In this document: one piece after another, positions 16,030-24,655 of the stretch
How the letters are laid out: each line of letters begins with the position of its first letter
Numbering within the stretch: the first letter of the stretch is position 1
Assembly: GCA_964423765.1 (NCBI GenBank)
Contig: CAYRGM010000001.1
Coordinates: forward strand, 1-38,940
Length of the DNA stretch: 38,940 nt
Direction: 5' to 3'
From: an uncultured Desulfobulbaceae bacterium
GTDB lineage: Bacteria > Desulfobacterota > Desulfobulbia > Desulfobulbales > Desulfobulbaceae
The notes under the pieces: generated by a model
Told to the model about the DNA's origin: nothing
The model's database searches: none
The model's input: only the letters and a program-made list of their open reading frames with translations
Made by a program: the position numbers and the translations under genes

Positions 16030-18960
16030 TCAGTCCAAGATAGATTCAATGATTTTAGCCAGTTCATCCAAACTAAATGGTTTGCCCAAGGCAGCTGAGA
16101 ACCCGTATCTTTTACAATCACTCATCACCGGATCATTGGAATAACCACTTATAACTATCACTTTTGCCTGGGGATCGACTGCAAGGAGTTTCTTCACCGT
16201 TTCTATGCCGCCCATTCCCCCGGGAATGGTCAGGTCCATAATAATTATATCCACAGGTTTTTTTTCATCCTGAAGAGCCTGGTACTTATTGATGGTCTCT
16301 TGCCCGTCCCTGGTGAGAACAGGCTCATGCCCCAGGGTGTGAAGCTGGGCGGAAATTACATCAAGAACCATCTGGTCATCGTCCATGACCATGATTCGGG
16401 CAGCTTTCACGGCCTTTTTTCTTGCAGGTTGTTTTGGGGCCGGGATTTTTGTAGCTGAAATGGCCGGCAGATAAATGGTAAATATGGTTCCCTTGCCCGG
16501 GGAAGAGTCAACAAGCAGATAACCCTCATGCTTGTTGATGATGGAATGACAGATGGCAAGTCCCAGACCACTTCCCTCCTGTTTGGTTGTAAAGTAGGGG
16601 TCGAAGATCTTATCTTTAATTTCCTTGGGGATTCCCACTCCGGTATCTTTAACTCTGATGCGAATATATTTTTCGTTATCCATACTTAACAATGCTTCGT
16701 TGACTGCATGTTCAACATTGGCACAACTGATTGTGATTACCCCTCCTTCTGGCATGGCATGTCTTGAGTTGATGACAATGTTCTGGATAACCTGGCTGAG
16801 CTGGCCGCTGTCGGCATCAACCAGCCAGAGGTTATCCGGGAATTCATAGCGGCAGGTCACCCGACTGCCACGGAGAACAAAGTCAGTCGAATCTCTGATC
16901 AGCTCAGGCAATGTGGTTGCTTCCCTGATCGGGTTACCTCCTTTGGCAAAAGTCAGTAGCTGGCCGGTGAGTTTCATGGCCCGTCTTGTGGCTTTATCGG
17001 CATTGGTGAGCAGGGTCGCAGTTTTTTTGTCATCCTGGTCGATATGATACTTGAGCAGATCAATATTACCAAGAATTGCGGCTAAAATGTTATTGAAATC
17101 ATGGGCAATGCCGCCGGCAAGAACTCCCAAGGATTCCAGTTTTTTGATCTTGAGAAGTTCTTCCTCCATCTTTCGTTCATGGACAACATTCCGAAAGACA
17201 ATAACAACCCCGATGATTTTGCTTTCTCTGTCCCGGATGGGAGCTCCGCTATCGGCAATGGGAATAACAGTACCGCTTCTGGAAATCAGAGCAGTGTGGT
17301 TGGCCAGACCAACGATCCTGCCTAATTCCATAACCCGTTGTACCGGACTTACAGATTTTTGCCCGGTTCTTTCGTTGATAATATTAAAGATTTTTGTTGA
17401 CGGTTTGCCTGCGGCTTCACCATTTGTCCAGCCGGTCAGCTCTTCGGCAACCCTGTTTATCATGGTTACTTTACCGTCAATATCCGTGCTGATAACTGCA
17501 TCACCGATGGAACGGAGGGTAACCGCAAGCCGCTCTTTTTCCATGGACAGGGCATCTTCAGTCTCTTTTCGCTCGTTGATATTGGTTGATATCTGGAGGT
17601 GGACCATTCGTCCATCCGGCCAGAGAATGGCCTGTTCCCGGCATTCAAACCATTGATCGGTAAGTTTATCTTTGATCTCACTGATATGAACTCCGGTTGC
17701 TGTGCCATCGCCACTTAAGAGAAGGTGTTTTTGACAGAACTCACATGGTTCATTGCTCATATTGCCCAGAGACTGAAAGCATGGTTTACTAATGCAGTCA
17801 CCATAGATAGCTTTAAAGGCATTATTGATAAAAATAATTTCATGGGTTGTCATGTCTGCTACATAGATCACGGCATCCATACCGTTGAGGATGGCCTTGA
17901 GCCGCTCAAAGCTGTTGATGATCTCGATATCCCTGCTTTTGATGGCAGTGATAATTGTATGAAATTCTCTGATACCGGCAGATGCTTTAGCGGGTAGAGA
18001 AAGAATTTTACCCGGTTTTGGGCGGGAGAGAGCCTGGATGAGTCTGGTTGTTGGTCGGGTGAAATATATATTGAAGGTAATCAACCAGACGATAAAGAGG
18101 GAAATAGAAAGCAGGAGCAGGAAAACTGACTGGTCGATTATTTTTTCTATAATGACTCCGGTGATTACTGCTATCGGTCTGGCATAGTAGATTGACCATC
18201 CAGGTAATCCTGTAAGTTGTTTAGATTTGGCGATAAATTCATCACCTTTTAGGTAAAAGGTGAACAGCTCATTTTCCTTTGCAGGGCTCTGCCTTTTAAT
18301 ATCAAGACCAAAATTATATCTGGTGTGGATCAGGGTATGATCAGAATGATAAATTACTGCACCGGCATCGGTTAAAATAAAGACAATATCATCAGCATCA
18401 ATTTTTCTTTTGGCAAAAATGGCCATGATTGGCGGGAAAATATTAAGGGGTATCTCCACCACCAGCCGATATCCGTTATCTAACGGGTATTGAAGCGCAA
18501 AAACTGATTGCCCTGTCAGGGGAGACTGGTACGGGCAGCATAGTTGACCATGTTGGTTTGAGCCGCTGGGTACAATGGCACTGACATCAAGATTTCTGTA
18601 TTCTTGGAATGGAGCGGCAATATGGGTGATTATGTTATCCTTGTCAAGGATATAAAAGGTACTTTCAGGGTAGAGTAAATGGTAAAATGTTCTAAGTGCC
18701 GCATATAACTCATATAACTGTTCAGGGGATTGTGGTTCAAGGCTGGTAATTGTTGTTCTGATAATCTCATCGTATTGCATAATGGTGGTATTGATCAAAC
18801 TACTCTTAACATGCAACCTTGCCTGCATGATTTTTGTATACTGCTCTTTGCTTGCTTTATATTCCATGATGCCGCTGATTGTAATTGCCAGCAGCAATAT
18901 AAATATGGTAACAGTGGCGAGAATCAGGCTTATCCTTCGGAAGAGAGGTTGAAGATGCAT
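16030..18960 (-). CDS. Hybrid sensor histidine kinase / response regulator (periplasmic sensor domain, PAS domains, HisKA, HATPase, C-terminal receiver)
   Basis: Two TM segments flank a domain of about 250 aa. H-box GGIAHDFNNIL, G-boxes DTGVGI and GSGLGLA, and a receiver domain with IIIMDLTIPGGMGG. Confidence 0.9.
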   Translation of the reverse strand: MHLQPLFRRISLILATVTIFILLLAITISGIMEYKASKEQYTKIMQARLHVKSSLINTTIMQYDEIIRTTITSLEPQSPEQLYELYAALRTFYHLLYPESTFYILDKDNIITHIAAPFQEYRNLDVSAIVPSGSNQHGQLCCPYQSPLTGQSVFALQYPLDNGYRLVVEIPLNIFPPIMAIFAKRKIDADDIVFILTDAGAVIYHSDHTLIHTRYNFGLDIKRQSPAKENELFTFYLKGDEFIAKSKQLTGLPGWSIYYARPIAVITGVIIEKIIDQSVFLLLLSISLFIVWLITFNIYFTRPTTRLIQALSRPKPGKILSLPAKASAGIREFHTIITAIKSRDIEIINSFERLKAILNGMDAVIYVADMTTHEIIFINNAFKAIYGDCISKPCFQSLGNMSNEPCEFCQKHLLLSGDGTATGVHISEIKDKLTDQWFECREQAILWPDGRMVHLQISTNINERKETEDALSMEKERLAVTLRSIGDAVISTDIDGKVTMINRVAEELTGWTNGEAAGKPSTKIFNIINERTGQKSVSPVQRVMELGRIVGLANHTALISRSGTVIPIADSGAPIRDRESKIIGVVIVFRNVVHERKMEEELLKIKKLESLGVLAGGIAHDFNNILAAILGNIDLLKYHIDQDDKKTATLLTNADKATRRAMKLTGQLLTFAKGGNPIREATTLPELIRDSTDFVLRGSRVTCRYEFPDNLWLVDADSGQLSQVIQNIVINSRHAMPEGGVITISCANVEHAVNEALLSMDNEKYIRIRVKDTGVGIPKEIKDKIFDPYFTTKQEGSGLGLAICHSIINKHEGYLLVDSSPGKGTIFTIYLPAISATKIPAPKQPARKKAVKAARIMVMDDDQMVLDVISAQLHTLGHEPVLTRDGQETINKYQALQDEKKPVDIIIMDLTIPGGMGGIETVKKLLAVDPQAKVIVISGYSNDPVMSDCKRYGFSAALGKPFSLDELAKIIESILD

Positions 18961-18997
18961 TTATATCTCTTAGTTATTGGTAATTTTTATCTTTAGG

Positions 18998-19211
18998 GGG
19001 TGCAATATAAAAAAGTGACAAGTTTAACTTGTTGTTAATTGGTTGATTTGATGACTAATTTAAATGTCGAATATCGAACAAGGAATTTCGAATGATGGAA
19101 GATATCTTGATAGAAAAAGCACCTTCCTTCGACATTCAAAATACCGTTAAGACATACAATTACTTGTGGTAAAGAAAGTTTTCTAATTTGCAACTTTTTT
19201 ATATTGCACCC
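18998..19211. mobile_element. MITE-B (214 bp) with perfect 19 bp TIRs and a 9 bp target-site duplication
   Basis: TIR GGGTGCAATATAAAAAAGT (18998-19016) pairs with ACTTTTTTATATTGCACCC (19193-19211). Direct repeat ATCTTTAGG lies immediately outside both ends (18989-18997 and 19212-19220). Confidence 0.85.
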
Positions 19212-19414
19212 ATCTTTAGGAGATAGGGTACAGGGTACAGGAGAGCCAGCAGGGTACAGGGAAAAAACTGTTACCTGTTACCTGACATTCTACTGATTAC
19301 CTGTTGGTTATTCAAGTGAAATTGAAGGGAGAGCTTCTTTGGGATGCGAAATCCGGCAGGTATAACGATGCGTTCATATAAAAGAAGTCAGATATTTTTG
19401 GTACTCATTTGCCG

Positions 19415-20716
19415 CTAACCTGAATGTTTACTCTTTTTGTTGTCTTCAGTTCTGGGAAGTGTAGCCTGCCGACGGCCGGTTTTGGTGAAGAAAACTTGGG
19501 TGATATGCCCGCTGATAAGATTGAAAATATTCGTTAACCTGTCCTGGATAACCTGCGGCAGCATGGGGCGTTCAGCTTCGGCCCGTAGGAACAGGTAAAC
19601 AGCGATGAGCAGAAAAAATAAATTTGGCAGCCATATTCCGATAACTACGGGGATTCTCAGCTCTCTCACCATCATCTGGGCCGTGATCATCAGTATATAG
19701 TAGAAAATAAAAAATCCCAATCCCAAGGGAATTCCCATTCCTTTTCGTCCCGGTCCGCTTTGAAGTCCCAGGCTGAGACCAATTATAGAGAGGATAAAAC
19801 ATCCTGCCGGCAGGGCCAGTCGGTGATGATATTCGGCGTGGAACATTGCTCTGTTTTCTGGCGAAACATCAGGCGATCGGGACATTTCAATTAACTCTGC
19901 CTGGGACATGCTTCCTTTGTCTAACAGAGTTATATCGTCTCCGCCTATTTTTGTGGGTGATTGTAAGGGGATATGTAGTTGATATTTTTGAAAGCTGATA
20001 ATCTGATTATCAGCTCCATCGGTACTGTGAAGTGTACCATTATAGAGAGTAATGGTTACCTGCATTTTGTCTGATTCCGCATGCATATGGCCGCTTTCTG
20101 CGATGGTAATTATCGGTTGCTGCCTGTCGCGCAGGTCCGATATATATATTCCGTGCCAGTGATTATTGTTATCGGTATCGATTCTGTCCACATAGACGAC
20201 CAGGTCACCGAGGGTATCGGTAAACTGTTTTTCCTGCAGCCCTTTGTCAATTTTCTCCTTGGCGACCTGAAAGAGCAGTTGTCGCATGGCAAGATCACCT
20301 GCCGGAATCAAACGGACTGAAAAAAAACCGGTGAGTATGGCTATGGCAAGGGTGACTATGATAACTGGAGGAAGAAGCATCCGCAGACTTATCCCGCAGG
20401 CTTTCATGGCCAGGATTTCCCGATCGTTGTTCAGACGGGAAAAGGCAATGATTACCCCGGCCATACTGGCCATGGGGATAATATAAAGGAGCATATTGGG
20501 AAAGATATATGCAAAAAGACGAATAAAATCAGCAATACCAATACCTAAGCTCAGGACAATTTCAAGCAGAGGGATGAGTCGGACAAGAAAAAATATTCCG
20601 TATAGGATAATAAAACTGGCAAAAAAAGGAGCCAGCAACTCTGTGGCAATATAAGAGTAAAGAAGAAAAGGAATTCGTAGATTGGTCATGGGGGGCGGTT
20701 GACAGTGACAAGGCAT
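19415..20716 (-). CDS. LptF/LptG-family (YjgP/YjgQ) LPS export permease
   Basis: The N-terminus LRIPFLLYSYIATELLAPFF, six TM segments and a central periplasmic domain are typical. An alternative start is the ATG at 20689 (MTNLRIP). Confidence 0.8.
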   Translation of the reverse strand: MPCHCQPPPMTNLRIPFLLYSYIATELLAPFFASFIILYGIFFLVRLIPLLEIVLSLGIGIADFIRLFAYIFPNMLLYIIPMASMAGVIIAFSRLNNDREILAMKACGISLRMLLPPVIIVTLAIAILTGFFSVRLIPAGDLAMRQLLFQVAKEKIDKGLQEKQFTDTLGDLVVYVDRIDTDNNNHWHGIYISDLRDRQQPIITIAESGHMHAESDKMQVTITLYNGTLHSTDGADNQIISFQKYQLHIPLQSPTKIGGDDITLLDKGSMSQAELIEMSRSPDVSPENRAMFHAEYHHRLALPAGCFILSIIGLSLGLQSGPGRKGMGIPLGLGFFIFYYILMITAQMMVRELRIPVVIGIWLPNLFFLLIAVYLFLRAEAERPMLPQVIQDRLTNIFNLISGHITQVFFTKTGRRQATLPRTEDNKKSKHSG

Positions 20717-20731
20717 GCCTTGTCATTAATG

Positions 20732-22105
20732 TCAGTTTATAAAGGCTTTTATGTTGCTATTTAACCAGTGCAGATCCCACCATTCAAGATGAGTGACAAA
20801 AACACCATGAATAATCATGGAAAAATGCAGGTGGTCTCCAAAGCTCATTCCTGAAGTTCCGGTATGACCGATGATCTCATTTTTACTGACCATGGAGTTT
20901 ACCTCGGTGCCAATCCGGCTTAAGTGTGAATAGAGACTGAATACCCCCTGACCATGGTCAAGGATAACCGTATATCCGTAAATGCCAAGGTAATCGGCAA
21001 AGATAACCTTGCCTGTATTGGCAGCACCTATAGGTGCGTTTTTTGTGGAGGCCAGATCGACACCGAGATGGACCTGGTGGTCAATCAACTCGCCTTTATA
21101 GTAAAAACTTCTTTGGTCTGCAAATCCTCCCAGGTTTGCCGCCCCTGCCAGCCTGATGAATCTGCCCTCCCATAATCGTTCAGGGACAGGATTCTTGCAT
21201 ATTTCCATGATCCTGGCAGCATTTCTCTTGCGAACTTCATTGTTAACAAAAAGATATTGTTCTAAAAGTGAACCGCTCATTTCCGGAAACCTTGCTGCAA
21301 ATTCAGGCATTTTATGTCTAAGGAAATTATCAGTAATATCGATAGTCACCTGTTGGTTGTGGACTTTTCTAAAATTCATGCCAAAAGTTCTTTTACCTTT
21401 ATTACCGGCTTGGTCACGGGCAATAACCTTACTTATTTTTGGTCTGTCACTGTCCCATGGTAAGGCGATATAGGCAATAAAATGATTGTCCCCCTGACCG
21501 GTGGGGAATCCCTGGAAGAAAAAATCGTCAATCTGAACACCATGGACATGGGCAGGTTCAGAAATAGTGTAAATGACAATCCCGGTGCCGCCCTGGCGAA
21601 TATTTCGCTGGGCATGTTCAATGGATACCTTCGGGGCTCTGGTATCTATTTCTACAGGTATCTTTATAATGGTTTCATTACCTTTGAACCTCCCGGCCAG
21701 GGAAAAATCTCTGGCGTTGATTATCAGAGTGGCCTTGCCATCCTTAAGCCCTAATTTGCTGATATTAACAGTCACATATTCTTGAAGATAAGCCGCTCCG
21801 GCTTGGGAAAACCAGGCCTTGCGTGGAAAAGTTTTCTTGAACAATGGCTTGCTGATATCGTTCTGTTCAATCTCCATGACCACTGAACTGAGACCGCTTT
21901 TATGATCAGCAACATTAATGGGGATTTTTATTTCCTCTCCGATCAAGGTAATCTCTTTGGCGATATGCACTTCAGGGGGATCTGATTCAAAGAGTATATA
22001 TCCTGCCACTCCTGCACCAATCAGGATCAGGATGATTACGATTAAAATTATCTTGCGGCCGCTGTTGGATTGTCTGCGTTTTCTCAGTCTGTTTTCCCGA
22101 GCCAT
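20732..22105 (-). CDS. M23-family metallopeptidase (peptidoglycan endopeptidase-like), N-terminal membrane anchor
   Basis: HLGVDLA (HxxxD) and GHTGTSGMSFGDHLHFSM (HxH) motifs in the C-terminal domain. Confidence 0.85.
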   Translation of the reverse strand: MARENRLRKRRQSNSGRKIILIVIILILIGAGVAGYILFESDPPEVHIAKEITLIGEEIKIPINVADHKSGLSSVVMEIEQNDISKPLFKKTFPRKAWFSQAGAAYLQEYVTVNISKLGLKDGKATLIINARDFSLAGRFKGNETIIKIPVEIDTRAPKVSIEHAQRNIRQGGTGIVIYTISEPAHVHGVQIDDFFFQGFPTGQGDNHFIAYIALPWDSDRPKISKVIARDQAGNKGKRTFGMNFRKVHNQQVTIDITDNFLRHKMPEFAARFPEMSGSLLEQYLFVNNEVRKRNAARIMEICKNPVPERLWEGRFIRLAGAANLGGFADQRSFYYKGELIDHQVHLGVDLASTKNAPIGAANTGKVIFADYLGIYGYTVILDHGQGVFSLYSHLSRIGTEVNSMVSKNEIIGHTGTSGMSFGDHLHFSMIIHGVFVTHLEWWDLHWLNSNIKAFIN

Positions 22106-22170
22106 TTTATGTATCCTGGTTATCTGTTAAGAGTATTTTTTATGTACAATGATTACTATGGTTACTTATT

Positions 22171-22388
22171 CAGACATCGTAAACGCCCTATAAAATTCCC
22201 TGTTTTTTTTGGACAATTTTCTTTCCTGCTTCACCGGTCTCATCTGCCGTCTTCTTAAACTGTCTGGATTTGGTAGAGACGGGGGTTTCAAACCCGTCTT
22301 CACGGTGGCACCGGCATGGCTAATGGTTGCGGAAGGAGACGGGTTTGAAACCCGTCTCTACGATTGTCTGCTTATTTTACGATGTCTG
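22171..22388. mobile_element. Candidate MITE-C (218 bp): 13 bp TIR CAGACATCGTAAA, possible 4 bp TSD TATT, enclosing an inverted REP-like pair
   Basis: CAGACATCGTAAA at 22171-22183 pairs with TTTACGATGTCTG at 22376-22388. TATT lies directly outside both ends. Internal hairpin units GTAGAGACGGGGGTTTCAAACCCGTCTTC (22273-) and GGAGACGGGTTTGAAACCCGTCTCTAC (-22361) are in inverted orientation. Confidence 0.45.
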
Positions 22389-22465
22389 TATTGGAAAATT
22401 ATCCGAACCATTATTCTGTCATTGTTTGCTCAACAGGGCTGACCAGTCATATCCAGCCAGACCGG

Positions 22466-23998
22466 TTACTGGTTCCAGATAATATCATAATGTTGGATAT
22501 GTTTATCGGCAGCCGGGATGATTATCAACCGTTTGCCGGTCTCTTCTTCCAATCGTTCAATATGCTCGGTTTCTTCTTCGAGAAGCATGTCAGCCACCTC
22601 CGGATGAACCTTGATGGTGACCCCGCTGCCGCCAATATCAGCAGCGTTGCGGGATATTTTCCGGAATATTTCATAACAAAGTGTTCGTCGTGACTTTATT
22701 ATTCCGTCACCTCTGCAGTATGAACATGGGTCACACATTCTTCTGGTAAGGGTTTCGCAGGATCTTTTCCGGGTCATTTGCACCAGCCCGAATTCTGATA
22801 ATTTGAGGATATTTACTTTGCTTTTATCAGAATGCATTGCTTCCTGAAAGACCGTATAGAGTTCCTCCCGGTGATCCCCATTGTCCATATCAATGAAATC
22901 AATAATGATGATTCCGCCAATGTTACGGAGGCGAAGTTGATAGGCGATCTCCTTGACAGCTTCCATATTGGTTTTGAAAATGGTCTCGGCCGGGTCATTC
23001 TTTCCGATAAAGCGACCGGTATTGACATCTATCACAGTCAGAGCCTCGGTAGGTTCAATAATAATATATCCCCCGGAACGAAGCCATACTTTTTTGTTCA
23101 ATATTCGGTTAATATCCACTTCAATGGAGTAGGCATCAAAGAGTGGTGTTTTGTTTTTATAATAGTGAATGTCTTTTTCCAGATGTGGAGCAAATGATTG
23201 AACAAATGAAATGAGTTTTTTATATACTGTTTCTGAATCAGTTACAAGTTTCTGAACCTCATCATTAAACAGGTCACGGACAGCTCTGAGGGTCATGTCC
23301 AGGTCTTTATGGATCAGCTCCGGTGCCTGTGCTGTTGCGGCCTTGGTTTTTATTTCATCCCAGAGGATCAGGAGAAACTCCATATCTGCTTCTATCTCGC
23401 TGTTGTCAGCATTTTCAGCAACAGTACGGACAATGAAACCGGTTCCTGCGGGGCGGAGAGTATCGATTTTATTCCATAAACTCTGTCTATGGTCTTCATC
23501 TGTTATTTTTTTAGAGACCCCGATATGATCAGTCTGGGGCATGAAAACAAGATTGCGTCCGGGCAGGGTGATATGACAGGTTAAGCGGGATCCTTTGCTG
23601 CCAATCGGTTCTTTGGAGACCTGGACAAGTATTTCCTGTTTTTCCTTGATAAGTTCTTCTATAGGTGGGTGTGGTTGGCTAAGAGTTGTCGTTTCGTTTG
23701 GGGTAGGGGCTTCTTCATCGTCGCATAGATAGTTTTTTATCTCGATTGGCAAGACCTGGGTATCCTGCTTGACAATGATATCCCTCCCAAAGAGAAAACC
23801 GGTCCGCTCAAGACCGATATCGACAAAAGCGGCCTGCATGCCGGGTAGAACCCGTACCACCAGGCCAAGATAAATATTACCGATCAAACCGGTCTCTGCC
23901 GGGCGTTCCAGGTGATATTCGATCAGGGTATTGTTTTCAACAAGAGCGATCCTGTTTTCATAAGCTGCCGCGTTAATTAGTAATTTGCTTGAGCCCAT
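22466..23998 (-). CDS. rng: Rne/Rng-family ribonuclease (RNase G-like)
   Basis: S1 domain GNIYLGLVVRVLPGMQAAFVDIG and catalytic core IIIIDFIDM. At 510 aa it lacks the RNase E C-terminal scaffold. Confidence 0.85.
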   Translation of the reverse strand: MGSSKLLINAAAYENRIALVENNTLIEYHLERPAETGLIGNIYLGLVVRVLPGMQAAFVDIGLERTGFLFGRDIIVKQDTQVLPIEIKNYLCDDEEAPTPNETTTLSQPHPPIEELIKEKQEILVQVSKEPIGSKGSRLTCHITLPGRNLVFMPQTDHIGVSKKITDEDHRQSLWNKIDTLRPAGTGFIVRTVAENADNSEIEADMEFLLILWDEIKTKAATAQAPELIHKDLDMTLRAVRDLFNDEVQKLVTDSETVYKKLISFVQSFAPHLEKDIHYYKNKTPLFDAYSIEVDINRILNKKVWLRSGGYIIIEPTEALTVIDVNTGRFIGKNDPAETIFKTNMEAVKEIAYQLRLRNIGGIIIIDFIDMDNGDHREELYTVFQEAMHSDKSKVNILKLSEFGLVQMTRKRSCETLTRRMCDPCSYCRGDGIIKSRRTLCYEIFRKISRNAADIGGSGVTIKVHPEVADMLLEEETEHIERLEEETGKRLIIIPAADKHIQHYDIIWNQ

Positions 23999-24137
23999 AT
24001 AACTATTTGAATATATAATATATTTTATTAGTGAACATAATGCCCTGCGGGCAATCAGAAGACAGAAGTCAGAAGATGGATGTTACTAATCAGCAAAACA
24101 ACCGGGGCCGGCCTCTATTTTCAAAACAACAAAAAAT

Positions 24138-24231
24138 CTCGTAGGTCGGGTTAGCTTAAGCCGTAACCCGACATATTATTATCCTGGTCAGCCTGTTGTC
24201 GGGTTACGCTATCGCTAACCCGACCTACGAG
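24138..24231. repeat. Inverted pair of REP-like hairpin units (GTAGGTCGGGTTAGC..GCGTAACCCGACA)
   Basis: Unit 1 at 24138-24173 and unit 2 at 24197-24231 are reverse complements of each other, and each unit is itself a hairpin. Confidence 0.7.
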
Positions 24232-24336
24232 CTTGACTTTATACAAGATTTACTTTTTGTTACTTAGAATATGCACTCCATTTTCACCCATTTTGAGCTT
24301 CTTTAAGTAGCATTAGTACGCTCTAAAGCCCCAAGT

Positions 24337-24541
24337 GAACAGGTAAGCGAGGAACGAGACTCCGAATATGAAGCACATCTGAACAGTTACAGTCCAGGAT
24401 TATTGATGTTTGTTCATCTCGCTTAAATAGTTACTTATTTTCGTAAGCGTTCACCAGAGGTAAAAAGTAACGGCTGTATATTGCCTGTAACCGTTCATCC
24501 AGTGCCTCATATTCGGAGTCTCGTTCCTCGCTTACCTGTTC
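24337..24541. repeat. 205 bp foldback element with perfect 35 bp inverted arms
   Basis: GAACAGGTAAGCGAGGAACGAGACTCCGAATATGA (24337-24371) is the exact reverse complement of 24507-24541. No TSD seen. Confidence 0.8.
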
Positions 24542-24618
24542 ATTCTGGCCTGTGCAGCATACTATTGCTATGTAAGCAGGTCAGAATGGACGAAGATGAG
24601 GTGCTGGTGAACGGTTAC
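24487..24618. repeat. 132 bp imperfect hairpin bounded by inverted GTAACCGTTCA.CCAG.GCCTCAT termini (MITE-X/Y-type ends)
   Basis: 24487-24510 pairs with 24596-24618, and the inner stem CATTCTGGCCTG (24541-24552) pairs with CAGGTCAGAATG (24577-24588). It overlaps the right arm of the 35 bp foldback, which suggests nested insertions. Confidence 0.55.
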
Positions 24619-24655
24619 CCAAATATGAAGCACATCTGAACATACTTCTGAGTAG

